This document shows, in pieces, positions 1-9,159 of a DNA stretch of 64,000 bases. The stretch's first letter is position 1, and every line of letters begins with the position of its first letter. Source of the stretch: a virus. The stretch is taken from positions 64,001 to 128,000 of the IMG/VR virus record IMGVR_UViG_3300033143_002031, one strand, 5' to 3'. A program made the position numbers and the translations under genes. The notes under the pieces are model-generated. The model saw nothing but the letters and a program-made list of their open reading frames with translations, did no database searches and was not told the origin of the DNA.

Positions 1-318
1 TCAGCCCCGACGAATGCACGCGCTACACGTCCGAAGAGGCAGTGGTCAACATGTTGCGGTCCAAGCACTTCGGACCGTGGGGAGAAGAGGAGAAATCTTC
101 GTGAGCCGCAAGCGAAAGAAGCCGCTGCCGAACCTTCACCTTGTGACGATCCCGTGCAGCACGGGGGACGAGGTGCTCGAACTGGTCCGCGACCCCGATG
201 TGTACGGCGAGCCTGGGGTCCGCGTCTACCAGCCTGGCAGCCCTGCGCCAGACGCGGCATGGATTCCCGTCGAGAAGTTCCTGGAGGCCGCTGACAGGAT
301 CAGAGAGGAGAAATCTTC

Positions 319-810
319 ATGACCACGGAGAAGACAGAGCAGCCAAGGCCGACGATCCTGCTCATGTTCGTGAGCCGCTGCGTCCTGGACGACGGTAAGG
401 AAGGGCGCATCTACTACCGCATCACCGACGAGCAACTGGAGGATAGCGACCTCGGCGACGACGCCCCCATGCAGTTCACTCTCGGTGGCAGATCATCCTC
501 GAAGTACATGGGAGGTGCTGCTGGCATCGTCTACCGCGTGGAGCAGCCGCCGGACAACCCGGATCAGATCTACACCGCGACGGCCCGGTACGAGGGAACA
601 TGGCCTGATCGGGAGCAGCGTGCTGCCTGGCAGGTGACGGACCAGACCAAGGGGCAGGAGATCGCCCTGAAGAAAGAGGCGAAGAAGGCCAAGCGCGACG
701 ACGCTGTGTTAGAGTGCCTGGCACCCATTCGCGAAGCGTACCAGCGAGCACGTGGCATGCAGCGGAACCTGCTCCTCGCCCGAGCCGTGCAGTACATCAC
801 CAGAGGGTAG
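319..810 (+). CDS. hypothetical phage protein
   Basis: 163 aa ORF overlapping the upstream stop (ATGA), preceded by GAGGAG; no recognised motif. Confidence 0.6.
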   Translation: MTTEKTEQPRPTILLMFVSRCVLDDGKEGRIYYRITDEQLEDSDLGDDAPMQFTLGGRSSSKYMGGAAGIVYRVEQPPDNPDQIYTATARYEGTWPDREQRAAWQVTDQTKGQEIALKKEAKKAKRDDAVLECLAPIREAYQRARGMQRNLLLARAVQYITRG

Positions 811-1410
811 GGGGGAAAGCTCCATGGGGGACATCCTACATCGCCAGTGCTCATGGTGCCGCCGCGTCTACCGCGACGGTCAGTGGGTCGAGGCTACCCT
901 GGACGAGCCCTCGTCGAGCATCACGCACGGGCTTTGCCCAGAGTGCGCGGACCGTTACTACCCGGAGCCCGAGACCGCCGGGACTCCAGTGCCAGCACGA
1001 GCCCCAACGTTCAAGGCCTAGACCCCCTCAGAACGTCCCCCAGATGGCCCATAGGCGCCTCGTAGCCTCTGGTAGGTCTCTGTGCCCCCACGCCCCGTTC
1101 GAGGGCTCTCGGAGGCTCTCAGGAGCCGTGTGGTAGGCTGGAGGCATGAGAACCCGCCGCCACGCCCCCTTCTAGGCCCCTGAGACGCTCTCCAGAGGGC
1201 CTGGGAGGCACGATGTCCAGGACCAAGAGGAAGGAGCCCTACGGATCCCCGTGGGGCAAGGAATCGCCCGGCGTCAAGCGGTCGTTCCGAAGGCAGTTCC
1301 GCGCTCGGTGCAAGGCTGCGCTCCGAAGGCGTCGATACGACCGCATGCCGAGGTGGCGAGGCACGTGTGGGTGGATCACATGGTAGCGATCGAGGGGAGG
1401 GAGTTTGCTA

Positions 1411-1439
1411 TTGACCCACCCCTAGCTATGTGGTACGAC
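1411..1439 (+). promoter_or_regulatory. sigma70-like promoter (class I)
   Basis: TTGACC-N17-TACGAC with CTATGTGG in the spacer; ATG 6 nt downstream at 1446. Confidence 0.65.
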
Positions 1440-1445
1440 CGACCT

Positions 1446-1853
1446 ATGAAGCATCGTAGAACGAAGCTGGAGTGCATCGACATGCGGCGATTCTTCCCGG
1501 AGACATACGGGGAGACGGTAGAGGGACGGGACCCCGAGACGGGGCGCGAGAAGTGTGCGCCCGGGTGCTGTTGCTTCCAGTTCTGTGACGTCGAGTTCGA
1601 GAAGGCGACGACCGAGGAGGGTGAGACCGTCGAGGTCCACCACACGTGCGTGGACTACAGCCCCCGTTACTACTTGCCGCCGGCCGAGGTCTGGACGCTA
1701 GAGGACGCCAAGGCGAAGCGAGACGCGGACCCCGAGCGGTACCGCATCCTTGTCTCGAACATGGAGTGCAACGACATGACCCGTGTCGTCCAGACGTGCA
1801 CGGGCAACATCACCGAGTTCAACGACGGGGACGTGGTTCTCGACCCGAGGTAG
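1446..1853 (+). CDS. hypothetical protein, probably leaderless
   Basis: ORF starts right after the promoter; Cys-containing. Confidence 0.55.
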   Translation: MKHRRTKLECIDMRRFFPETYGETVEGRDPETGREKCAPGCCCFQFCDVEFEKATTEEGETVEVHHTCVDYSPRYYLPPAEVWTLEDAKAKRDADPERYRILVSNMECNDMTRVVQTCTGNITEFNDGDVVLDPR

Positions 1854-1875
1854 GCAAACTCTCATGGAGGCAGTG

Positions 1876-2628
1876 ATGGGGAGAACAGAGTGGACATTCG
1901 GAGAGCCCGAGTTCAAGCCAGACGAGCATGGCGTGAGCCACCTGACCTACACGTTCGCGCAGGGCGTGGAGCGCATCGTGCTTGGAGTCAAAGCAGCGGT
2001 CGTCCGGCTGGCCGACATGCGGCCGATGCTCATCCCGCACCCGTTCAAGATCGGCCACCGCAACCGGACGGAGTGGTGCCTCGCAGAGCACCACATCGGC
2101 AAGCGATACAACGACGTCACGGGCGAGGAGGAGGGCGGCTTCAGGGTCCGCGCTGAGTTGAGAGACTTTGGTTCGGAGTGCCCGCCGGCCATCGAGGGCG
2201 GCTCGACCCTTCCGGACCGTGTCCTCCACGTGCTCAACATCGTTGCGCCGTTGGAGCGCCTGGTGATGTTCTCGTGCTACACGCCCGAGGGCTACTACCT
2301 CGGTGACCTGGGGAGCGCGATGAGGATCTACGGCGCGTGGGGCCTGACAAATGTCATGCCCACGTCGGTCGCGGCAGGGGGTAGCACCTCCGAGGCCGTC
2401 ACCAACAAACTCTCGTGTGCCGTGGGCTACGACCCGAAGGAGGAGAAGTGGGTGGGCTGGTCCCATCGCGCGGCGTCCTCCTTCGGTGTCGGCTACGTGG
2501 CGCGGAAGGGCTACTGCGAGACGTCGGACTACCCGGACAGCGAGCGCGCCGTGCCGGTCGGCTTCGAGGTCAAGACCCTGAACGACGCGAAGCGGTGTGC
2601 CATCGCGTTCGCCGCGTCGGTCTCATGA
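1876..2628 (+). CDS. hypothetical phage protein
   Basis: GGAGG RBS; long ORF on the coding strand. Confidence 0.6.
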   Translation: MGRTEWTFGEPEFKPDEHGVSHLTYTFAQGVERIVLGVKAAVVRLADMRPMLIPHPFKIGHRNRTEWCLAEHHIGKRYNDVTGEEEGGFRVRAELRDFGSECPPAIEGGSTLPDRVLHVLNIVAPLERLVMFSCYTPEGYYLGDLGSAMRIYGAWGLTNVMPTSVAAGGSTSEAVTNKLSCAVGYDPKEEKWVGWSHRAASSFGVGYVARKGYCETSDYPDSERAVPVGFEVKTLNDAKRCAIAFAASVS

Positions 2629-2899
2629 CCAACAGGCGAAAGCGGGCTGGGCAGACCGTATATCTTGACGAGTCCGGGGAGGAGTACGTGCTTGACGGGG
2701 ACGGCAACCGTCAGCCTCCCATGCAATCTCGTGTCGTATCGAAGCCGGGCGAGTTCACGACCTTCGATGATAGCCAAGGTCACTGCGCTCTGTGCGGACG
2801 CTTGACGTGCCGAGGGGGGTGCTTCAAATGACCGAGGAGTGCAAGCACGGGAACCAGACCAAGAAACAGGACCCACACCCCGCCAAAGGAAGAGAGACC

Positions 2900-3193
2900 A
2901 TGTTCAAGCCACTGCACGATAGGATCGTGATCAAGCAAGCCGAGGGTGACGAGAAGGTCGGCAGTATCATCATTCCCGACGAGGCTCGTGAGAAGCCGCT
3001 GGAAGGCACCGTGGTCGCTGTAGGGCCTGGCCGCGTGCTGGACACTGGGGAGTGTATCGTGCCCAGCGTGAAGGCGGGGGATACGGTTCTCTTCGCCAAG
3101 TTCACGGGTTCGGAAATCCAGATCGAGGGGGAGACCCACCTCATCGTTCACGAGCCGGACATCCTCGGTATCGTTCACTCGGCAAACTCCTAA
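2900..3193 (+). CDS. groES: co-chaperonin GroES (Cpn10)
   Basis: FKPLHDRIVIK, mobile loop GSIIIPD, GTVVAVGPG, VKAGDTVLF, DILGIV. Confidence 0.95.
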   Translation: MFKPLHDRIVIKQAEGDEKVGSIIIPDEAREKPLEGTVVAVGPGRVLDTGECIVPSVKAGDTVLFAKFTGSEIQIEGETHLIVHEPDILGIVHSANS

Positions 3194-3254
3194 CCCCCTA
3201 CCTCAACTCTGATGTACAATGACGACCCCCGAGCGGGGTGAAAGTGAGGGCACC

Positions 3255-3820
3255 ATGGACAAGACTCTGACGGAGATCATCGTCATCTCGGACCGTAGCT
3301 CCTCAATGGCGACGGTGCGGGACGAGGCGATCAGTGGCTTCAACTCCTTCCTGAAGGAGCAGCAAGAGGCGGACATCGGCCGCTGTCTGCTCACCTACTG
3401 CCAGTTCAACACGGAGTACGAGATCGTTCACAACGGCATCCCGATCGAGGACATGAAGCCGCTGGACGCATCGACCAGGTGAAGGCACTGATCGAGCGCC
3501 AAGCCGACACCTACAAGTGGTCGTTCGTCTTCCTCGGCAAGGGTCTCGCTGCCTTTGACGGTGGCAGCCGCATGGTGGACATGGACCACAAGCAGATGTT
3601 CGTCGGGCTCGTCGGGGACGCCCCGCAGAGCCAGGCGCACGCCTACTACGCCGCGAGCCGCGCTGTCATCGGCACCCGGCGCAAGGCTGCGGGGGGCCAG
3701 TCGCTTGCGTTTTCGTCCGTGGAGAAGGATGCGTACACGAGCGTGCTCTCAGGTGACGTGGACGACGCCGAAGCCCTGAAGGACAGCGACGGCAGCACGC
3801 CGGACTCCTCGGGAGCGTGA
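3255..3820 (+). pseudogene. vWA-domain gene split by an internal deletion/frameshift
   Basis: MIDAS-like DRSSSM in 3255..3482; a C-terminal block (QVKALIERQ...WSFVFLG) follows in another frame; the central TALxD/ITDG part is absent. Confidence 0.6.
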
Positions 3821-4212
3821 TGGGCGACGGGCGACATGAGGAAGACCCCTCGGAATTGGATTGGTCGATCTCATTTCCTCCGTGGGGGGTCGTGTTCGTC
3901 ATAGCCACAGCGATCATCTGCTTCACGGTCTACGAGATCGTGAAGCTCGTCGTGGGATAGGAGAAGGACGATGGACAAACTCCACCCATCCATGAGCGGC
4001 ATGGAGGATACGATCCTCCACCTACCCGTGCTCAAGATGAGGGCCGAGGTGAACCGGGGCTGGTGGAAGGTCGAGGTCCAGGTGGCGCGGATGGGGCCGT
4101 ACTACAGCGGGAAGAAGAAGGACCGAAGCTACTTCTCGGCCCTGGCCAAGGCGCTCGACGCAGCGATCAAGGAAACGACGCGCTACGGACATGGGTGGGA
4201 CGGCCAGGACTA

Positions 4213-4227
4213 GCGACCAATGGTCGC
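4213..4227. promoter_or_regulatory. palindrome GCGACCAATGGTCGC
   Basis: perfect 7-1-7 inverted repeat; other copies at 7748, 8066, 49122, 59242 and variants at 9221, 31645. Confidence 0.7.
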
Positions 4228-4737
4228 AAGGGACGGACGATGGGCCGGTGGATTTCACTCGACGCTGTTGAGAGGGAGGGCTGGTACGTGGCGAGGTACG
4301 ACACGCCCGAACAGCCCTACCGCGTGATCCGTGCACGAGTCGGGAAGGCGAGGTCGAGACGCTACAGTCACCGGGCTCCGATCGAGGTGTGGTCGGTGCC
4401 GATAGACGAGATGGGAAGCGAGGGGGTGGACGATGGAAAACTCTGATCCGGTGGCTGATGCCAACGTCAGACACCTGGAAGGGTGGGTGAGAGCAATGGA
4501 CGATTCTGCTGAGTTCAAGGCCGCACGACGGACGATGGCGAAGCATCTGCGAGAGGATGAGGGTCTGAGGCAGACCTACGAGGCCAACGTCGCGATGCTG
4601 CTTCACGATCGGCACGGCATCACCGACCACGACAAGCGCAACGCGGCGGCCAAGGACATCTTGCATCTGGTCTTCGAGTCATGAGCAACAAAGACCACAT
4701 CCTTGTCACATCGAGAAGGCGGAAGCCATCTTGATTG

Positions 4738-4765
4738 GAAAACTCCCGTGACCTCGTGGTATTGT
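4738..4765 (+). promoter_or_regulatory. candidate class II promoter
   Basis: GAAAAC-N16-TATTGT; same geometry at 7768 and 8632. Confidence 0.55.
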
Positions 4766-4795
4766 GCCCGGTGACGATCGTCACCTGGAGGTCCC

Positions 4796-5326
4796 ATGCA
4801 GGGGTTCGACGCTATCAAGATCAAGACGACTCGCCGTGAAGGCAACCGAGTCACTCTGACCATCGGCGGGGAGATCCTCGGGGGCAGCATCCGGGACCTC
4901 GGAGAGTTCGTCCGCCGCATGAAGCACCTGCACCGCAAGACGATGGGAGCAGCCCCACCGGCCGAGTTCTCTGAGCACGCTTTGTTCACCGAGACCGAGA
5001 GGCAGTCCCTTCGAGAGGTCGCGAAGTACAGGCCGCCAGACCCGACCAAGTTCACGCTGTTGATGTCCGCGCGGTCTGGAAAGATGGTAAAGGATCGCCA
5101 GTACAAGACCTTCAAGGCTGCGGAAACGGCACTGAGGAAAGCGATCAAGCGCGACCTCATGACCAGCAAGAATGACCTCTACCGCGTCCAACTGTGGTCC
5201 CCCGAGAAGCCAGGTCCGCAGACCAGGGTCGCCTCGTACAGCACGGACTATCGGCCCACATCGAGCAGCGTGTGGTACAAGCGCGACGAGCACGGCCATA
5301 AGACGATGTTCAAGGTCTACTCGTGA
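4796..5326 (+). CDS. hypothetical protein with internal LFTxxxRxxLRE motif
   Basis: GGAGG RBS; contains ALFTETERQSLRE. Confidence 0.7.
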   Translation: MQGFDAIKIKTTRREGNRVTLTIGGEILGGSIRDLGEFVRRMKHLHRKTMGAAPPAEFSEHALFTETERQSLREVAKYRPPDPTKFTLLMSARSGKMVKDRQYKTFKAAETALRKAIKRDLMTSKNDLYRVQLWSPEKPGPQTRVASYSTDYRPTSSSVWYKRDEHGHKTMFKVYS

Positions 5327-5760
5327 AAACTCTCTTCACGGAAGGCGAGCGCCTCGGGCTTCGAGAGGCGAGGCAGACCAAGGTCTTTGGCAACGCCATG
5401 GGGCTCGTGGTCCGTAAGAGCAGCTATCCCGAGTCATTCGTGCGGCGCGGGCTCGACCTGAGAGAGCCGTTCACGGGCTACACCGTCAGCACACCAAAGC
5501 CTCACGACACCTTTCTCGGTGTCGTCGTGAAGAAGGGGAAGCAGTGGCACTATGCGGCGTCCCCTCGATACAAGACGGTGGCTAGGCGGGGTGCGATGCC
5601 GGCCCTCAAAGGGCTCGTCACGCGCTACATCACAGGCGTCATCGACAACGAGCTACGCATGAGCGATGGCACTCTGGACGGCGCGATCGAAGGGCTCGGC
5701 TGTCACATCCTCCAGCGACTTGCTCATGAGTGGGGCATCGTGAAGGAGTACGAACGATGA
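5323..5760 (+). CDS. hypothetical protein with shared N-terminal tag
   Basis: starts MKTLFTEGERLGLRE; GTGA overlap. Confidence 0.7.
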   Translation: MKTLFTEGERLGLREARQTKVFGNAMGLVVRKSSYPESFVRRGLDLREPFTGYTVSTPKPHDTFLGVVVKKGKQWHYAASPRYKTVARRGAMPALKGLVTRYITGVIDNELRMSDGTLDGAIEGLGCHILQRLAHEWGIVKEYER

Positions 5761-6785
5761 GGAAAACTCTCTTCACGAGGTCCAAGAGGCGAACCCTGAA
5801 GGAAGAGGCGGCCGGCGTCCCCCGTGCGATCGACATCATGGGGCAGTCCAAGGGGCTCTCCTACAAGGGGGCAACCATCGGCCGCATCCCGAACGCCTAC
5901 GTGGTCTACGCCACCAAGACGGACGGGGAGAAGACCGAGGTCGCCCGGTACTACTTCCAGGACGACAAGGCACGGGCGAAGCGCCACGCGAAGTGGGATG
6001 CCGAGAGCACCCTGAAGTCCCTGAAGCGCACTCTCGGTCTGTCCGAGGCGACCTATGAGGTGGATGCGAAAGCTCGGGCCGAGGCCAACCGTATCTGGGA
6101 CTCGATCATCTCCTACGTGAGGGGCCTCGACGGGGACTATGATTCGGTGGTCTGGACCCGCGACGGCATGATGACGATCTACCCGGTGCACACCAAGGTC
6201 CCCTACGGCATGAAGGTGTACCTTGGGCCACGGGGGATGACATCGGGCTACGGGACCGGCTCGCAGGGTAACGTCCTGGTCATCGGCAGCGTACTGTTGC
6301 ACCCGAAGGACACGACGTACCTCGACACTCGCATCACGTCCGCCTCGCTCAGGCATACGTTCGTCCACGAGTACGTTCACCACCTCGATCACATGCGTCG
6401 AGGAAAACTCCCGGACCGGCACGCCATGAGGGCTGCTCACGCTGGTGACATCGCGGGCTACCTCCGCACGCCCGAGGAGTTCAACGCCTGGTATCAGGAA
6501 ACGGCGCAGGCGGCAGAGGACAGCATCGCCGGAAAGATCAAGGTCATCGAGAGGTTCCGCTCGGTGGGCAAGGACGCGCTCGTCGTGAAGGTGGTGGCAG
6601 CCCTCCATCGGGACGTTGCCTCGTTCCCCGCGTTCCTGAAGTTCGTGGAGAAGCACAACGAGGCCGGGGACACCCTCGCGGTGCTGAAGGGCTCGAAGTG
6701 GGAGCGGAAGTGGCTCAAGCGGATGCACACGCTCTACCGGGGCCTGAAGCCGAAGGTGATGTCCATGTCGGCGGGGTCCAAGTGA
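5757..6785 (+). CDS. putative zincin-like metallopeptidase with shared N-terminal tag
   Basis: starts MRKTLFTRSKRRTLKE; HEYVH (HExxH) with a downstream EFNA. Confidence 0.6.
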   Translation: MRKTLFTRSKRRTLKEEAAGVPRAIDIMGQSKGLSYKGATIGRIPNAYVVYATKTDGEKTEVARYYFQDDKARAKRHAKWDAESTLKSLKRTLGLSEATYEVDAKARAEANRIWDSIISYVRGLDGDYDSVVWTRDGMMTIYPVHTKVPYGMKVYLGPRGMTSGYGTGSQGNVLVIGSVLLHPKDTTYLDTRITSASLRHTFVHEYVHHLDHMRRGKLPDRHAMRAAHAGDIAGYLRTPEEFNAWYQETAQAAEDSIAGKIKVIERFRSVGKDALVVKVVAALHRDVASFPAFLKFVEKHNEAGDTLAVLKGSKWERKWLKRMHTLYRGLKPKVMSMSAGSK

Positions 6786-7141
6786 AAACTCTCTTCACCG
6801 AGGCCGAGCGAGCCGCCCTCTTGGAGGGCACCATCTGGCATCCGAGTCGCTCTTCGAGAAAACGGATGCGGCGCGTGCCCGGCCCGATCACGGACCCGAA
6901 CGAGGAGCCGCTGGGGTACAAGGTCGTGGGTTCGACCCTCTATGGCCGCGCGAGAGTCGTGTTGGACGGCCGGCGTATGATCCGGATTTACGAGTGGATC
7001 GACACCATGGGCTCAGAGGGCGGCCACGGGTGGAGGAAGGTCAAGAGGAAGGCCGAGCGGAACGAGGTGAAGAAGGCCCCGGGCAAGTGGGTCGACTTCA
7101 AGCCTGCGCTGGCTGCCTATCGGAAGGTCTACGAGCCATGA
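6782..7141 (+). CDS. hypothetical protein with shared N-terminal tag
   Basis: starts MKTLFTEAERAALLE. Confidence 0.7.
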   Translation: MKTLFTEAERAALLEGTIWHPSRSSRKRMRRVPGPITDPNEEPLGYKVVGSTLYGRARVVLDGRRMIRIYEWIDTMGSEGGHGWRKVKRKAERNEVKKAPGKWVDFKPALAAYRKVYEP

Positions 7142-7737
7142 GGAAAACTCTCTTCACGGCGGCGCAGCGGGTGGCTCTGAGGGAGTCGGCAGGTGACCCG
7201 TTCGTTGGCCTATCGCCTGAGCTACAGGAAGCGATGCGTCGGTTCGCGGAGCACCTCGCCTTTTGGATGGGCAACACCAGCAAGTACAGCGTCAAGGAAC
7301 TGCTCAAGATCTGGAAGGACAGCCCCGAGTTGCGAGCGTGGCTCAAGCGCCACGTCAACCTGGCGTCCTACACGCTCTACTACGGCACCACGACCAACGA
7401 TCGAAAGCTCCACGTAGGGGCCGCATGGAAGGGACCATCGGGCACTCAGCACTGGAGCACCGACCCTCATCGGTCGAGAGGGTTCGCAGGGCTCAATGGC
7501 AGGGTTGGGGGCTGGCCCAAGCCAGGTGGTGTACTCGTGCAGGCCCATGCGGCAGCGGCAGCGGTGATCGTTGACGTGGACCGTTTCAGCCACGTCTGCG
7601 GTCTGCACCGCGCCTCGTTCTCGAAGCTCATGACCAAGAACGACCCGAAGGAGATGTTCAGCGGCGAAGCCTACGAGGCCGAGGTGATAACGACCTCTGC
7701 CGTCAAGGGGAAGGTCACCGAGGTCGAGTGGTTCTGA
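7138..7737 (+). CDS. hypothetical protein with shared N-terminal tag
   Basis: starts MRKTLFTAAQRVALRE. Confidence 0.7.
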   Translation: MRKTLFTAAQRVALRESAGDPFVGLSPELQEAMRRFAEHLAFWMGNTSKYSVKELLKIWKDSPELRAWLKRHVNLASYTLYYGTTTNDRKLHVGAAWKGPSGTQHWSTDPHRSRGFAGLNGRVGGWPKPGGVLVQAHAAAAAVIVDVDRFSHVCGLHRASFSKLMTKNDPKEMFSGEAYEAEVITTSAVKGKVTEVEWF

Positions 7738-7746
7738 TCAACCCCG

Positions 7747-8094
7747 TGCGACCAATGGTCGCACCTGGAAAACTCCCCGGCCCCCGTGGTACAGTCCCCC
7801 TCATGAAGACGATCTTCACCGAGGCAGCGCGCCAGGCGCTTTATGAGGCGGCCCCTGTGATGGTGACAGTACCTTCGTTGCTGCTCTACCTGAAGCGGGA
7901 AAAGCAGCGTCTAAACGTCGGAATTACAAGTCTAAAACCGACCCAGCGGAAACAAGTGGAGCACACCATTTCGGTCCTCGACAGGATGATCGAGACGGTC
8001 GAGAAGTACAGCAAAAGTGGTAACCACGGAAGCCTGACCTTTCACCGTCCGTGAGCAGCCCTCCTGCGACCAATGGTCGCACCTGGAAAACTCC
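7747..8094 (+). repeat. 30-bp direct repeat pair (7747..7776, 8065..8094)
   Basis: TGCGACCAATGGTCGCACCTGGAAAACTCC occurs twice, identical. Confidence 0.9.
7803..8054 (+). CDS. small protein with shared N-terminal tag
   Basis: starts MKTIFTEAARQALYE; 7 nt after a TACAGT -10 box. Confidence 0.7.
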   Translation: MKTIFTEAARQALYEAAPVMVTVPSLLLYLKREKQRLNVGITSLKPTQRKQVEHTISVLDRMIETVEKYSKSGNHGSLTFHRP

Positions 8095-8105
8095 TTCGTT
8101 TGCTA

Positions 8106-8135
8106 TTGACTTCTGGCCTAACTATGTGGTACGAC
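8106..8135 (+). promoter_or_regulatory. class I promoter
   Basis: TTGACT-N18-TACGAC with CTATGTGG; ATG at 8143. Confidence 0.6.
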
Positions 8136-8142
8136 GGCCCAC

Positions 8143-8619
8143 ATGGACGAGTTGCTTGAAGAGGCTCGGGCTGTGACCCTGGACAGCCTGAAGGAGCGCA
8201 GGGCAGTCTTGCCTGGGAAGTGGTATCGCACCTGGCTCCTTCGAGTCACGGGCGGGAGCACAGCGGTCCTGGAGTTCACGTTCGAGGAGTGCGAGACTGT
8301 TCTGGACGCGGTGGGGCAGAGAAACACGGCGCTCCATTGGGAAGAGGTCGAGAGGGCTCACGAGAGGTGCGTCCGGAGAACGGCTCTAGGCGATGACGAT
8401 CTGTACCTCTGCGACAAAGCATTCTACGTCAACCCTATACGGTTCTATGAGGTGTCCCGTCGTGTGAAGGCTCGGACGCAATCGAGCGTGGAGCCCCCTG
8501 AGACCCGGGCTATGAGTCAGCGCTCAGAGTCCGGGCCGCCACGGTTGAGCGGTGAGAAGCTGTTGAAGTCCACGGGGCTACTCGACCAACTCGCTCGATT
8601 GAAGGGCGGGAGCCGTTGA
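8143..8619 (+). CDS. hypothetical protein
   Basis: ORF directly after the promoter. Confidence 0.55.
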   Translation: MDELLEEARAVTLDSLKERRAVLPGKWYRTWLLRVTGGSTAVLEFTFEECETVLDAVGQRNTALHWEEVERAHERCVRRTALGDDDLYLCDKAFYVNPIRFYEVSRRVKARTQSSVEPPETRAMSQRSESGPPRLSGEKLLKSTGLLDQLARLKGGSR

Positions 8620-8665
8620 CGACCTGACTTGGCAAACTCCCTACCCGGCGTGCTATTCTGAAGAC

Positions 8666-9157
8666 ATGGAGTTCGTGGCCTTCATACGGCCCAAAGGAGA
8701 GTCCGGCCCGGTGCATATCAGCGCCTCGCCTGACCCTCATCGTATGCTGGCAATCCTTCAGGTTGGCAACCCGGCCGAACTCGAACTGATCGGCACCGTG
8801 GATGCTGCCCTCTACCCCGAGTCGTGGTGGCACGACACCCTGAGCCCCTGGCGTCACAGGGACGCCTGGTACCAGCCCAAGGCTCAGGTGCTCTGCCGGG
8901 TCGAGGATGCCCTCACAGGCGCTCTGGAGGCCCCAGAGAGGTTCGACCCACTGGAGGACCCTCCCGAGCCCTCAGACGGCTCTCAGGCCCCTCCTGACCG
9001 TGTTCCTGCCGACCTTCGGACCAAGACCCGAGAGGAACTAGTGGCTGAGAAGTGGGCCTGGCCTGTGGTGGACCCTTACCCACCCGTGAAGACGACCTCG
9101 ATTCCCGTGACCCGTGTCCTACCGCTGATCCGAAAACTCCTGCACGCGGCAGCGTAG
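8666..9157 (+). CDS. T5orf172/GIY-YIG-like domain protein (degenerate)
   Basis: FVAFIRPKGESGPVHIS...LQVGNPAELELIG...AWYQP resembles the YFI..GPxKIG..LQTGNP..EWF pattern. Confidence 0.5.
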   Translation: MEFVAFIRPKGESGPVHISASPDPHRMLAILQVGNPAELELIGTVDAALYPESWWHDTLSPWRHRDAWYQPKAQVLCRVEDALTGALEAPERFDPLEDPPEPSDGSQAPPDRVPADLRTKTREELVAEKWAWPVVDPYPPVKTTSIPVTRVLPLIRKLLHAAA

Positions 9158-9159
9158 CC

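Noticed and set aside
5724-6728. Long minus-strand ORFs (also 21457..22761, 24192..25349, 45677..46819, 55593..56714)
   Set aside because: They are antisense shadows of well-supported + strand genes, typical of high-GC DNA, with no RBS or motifs
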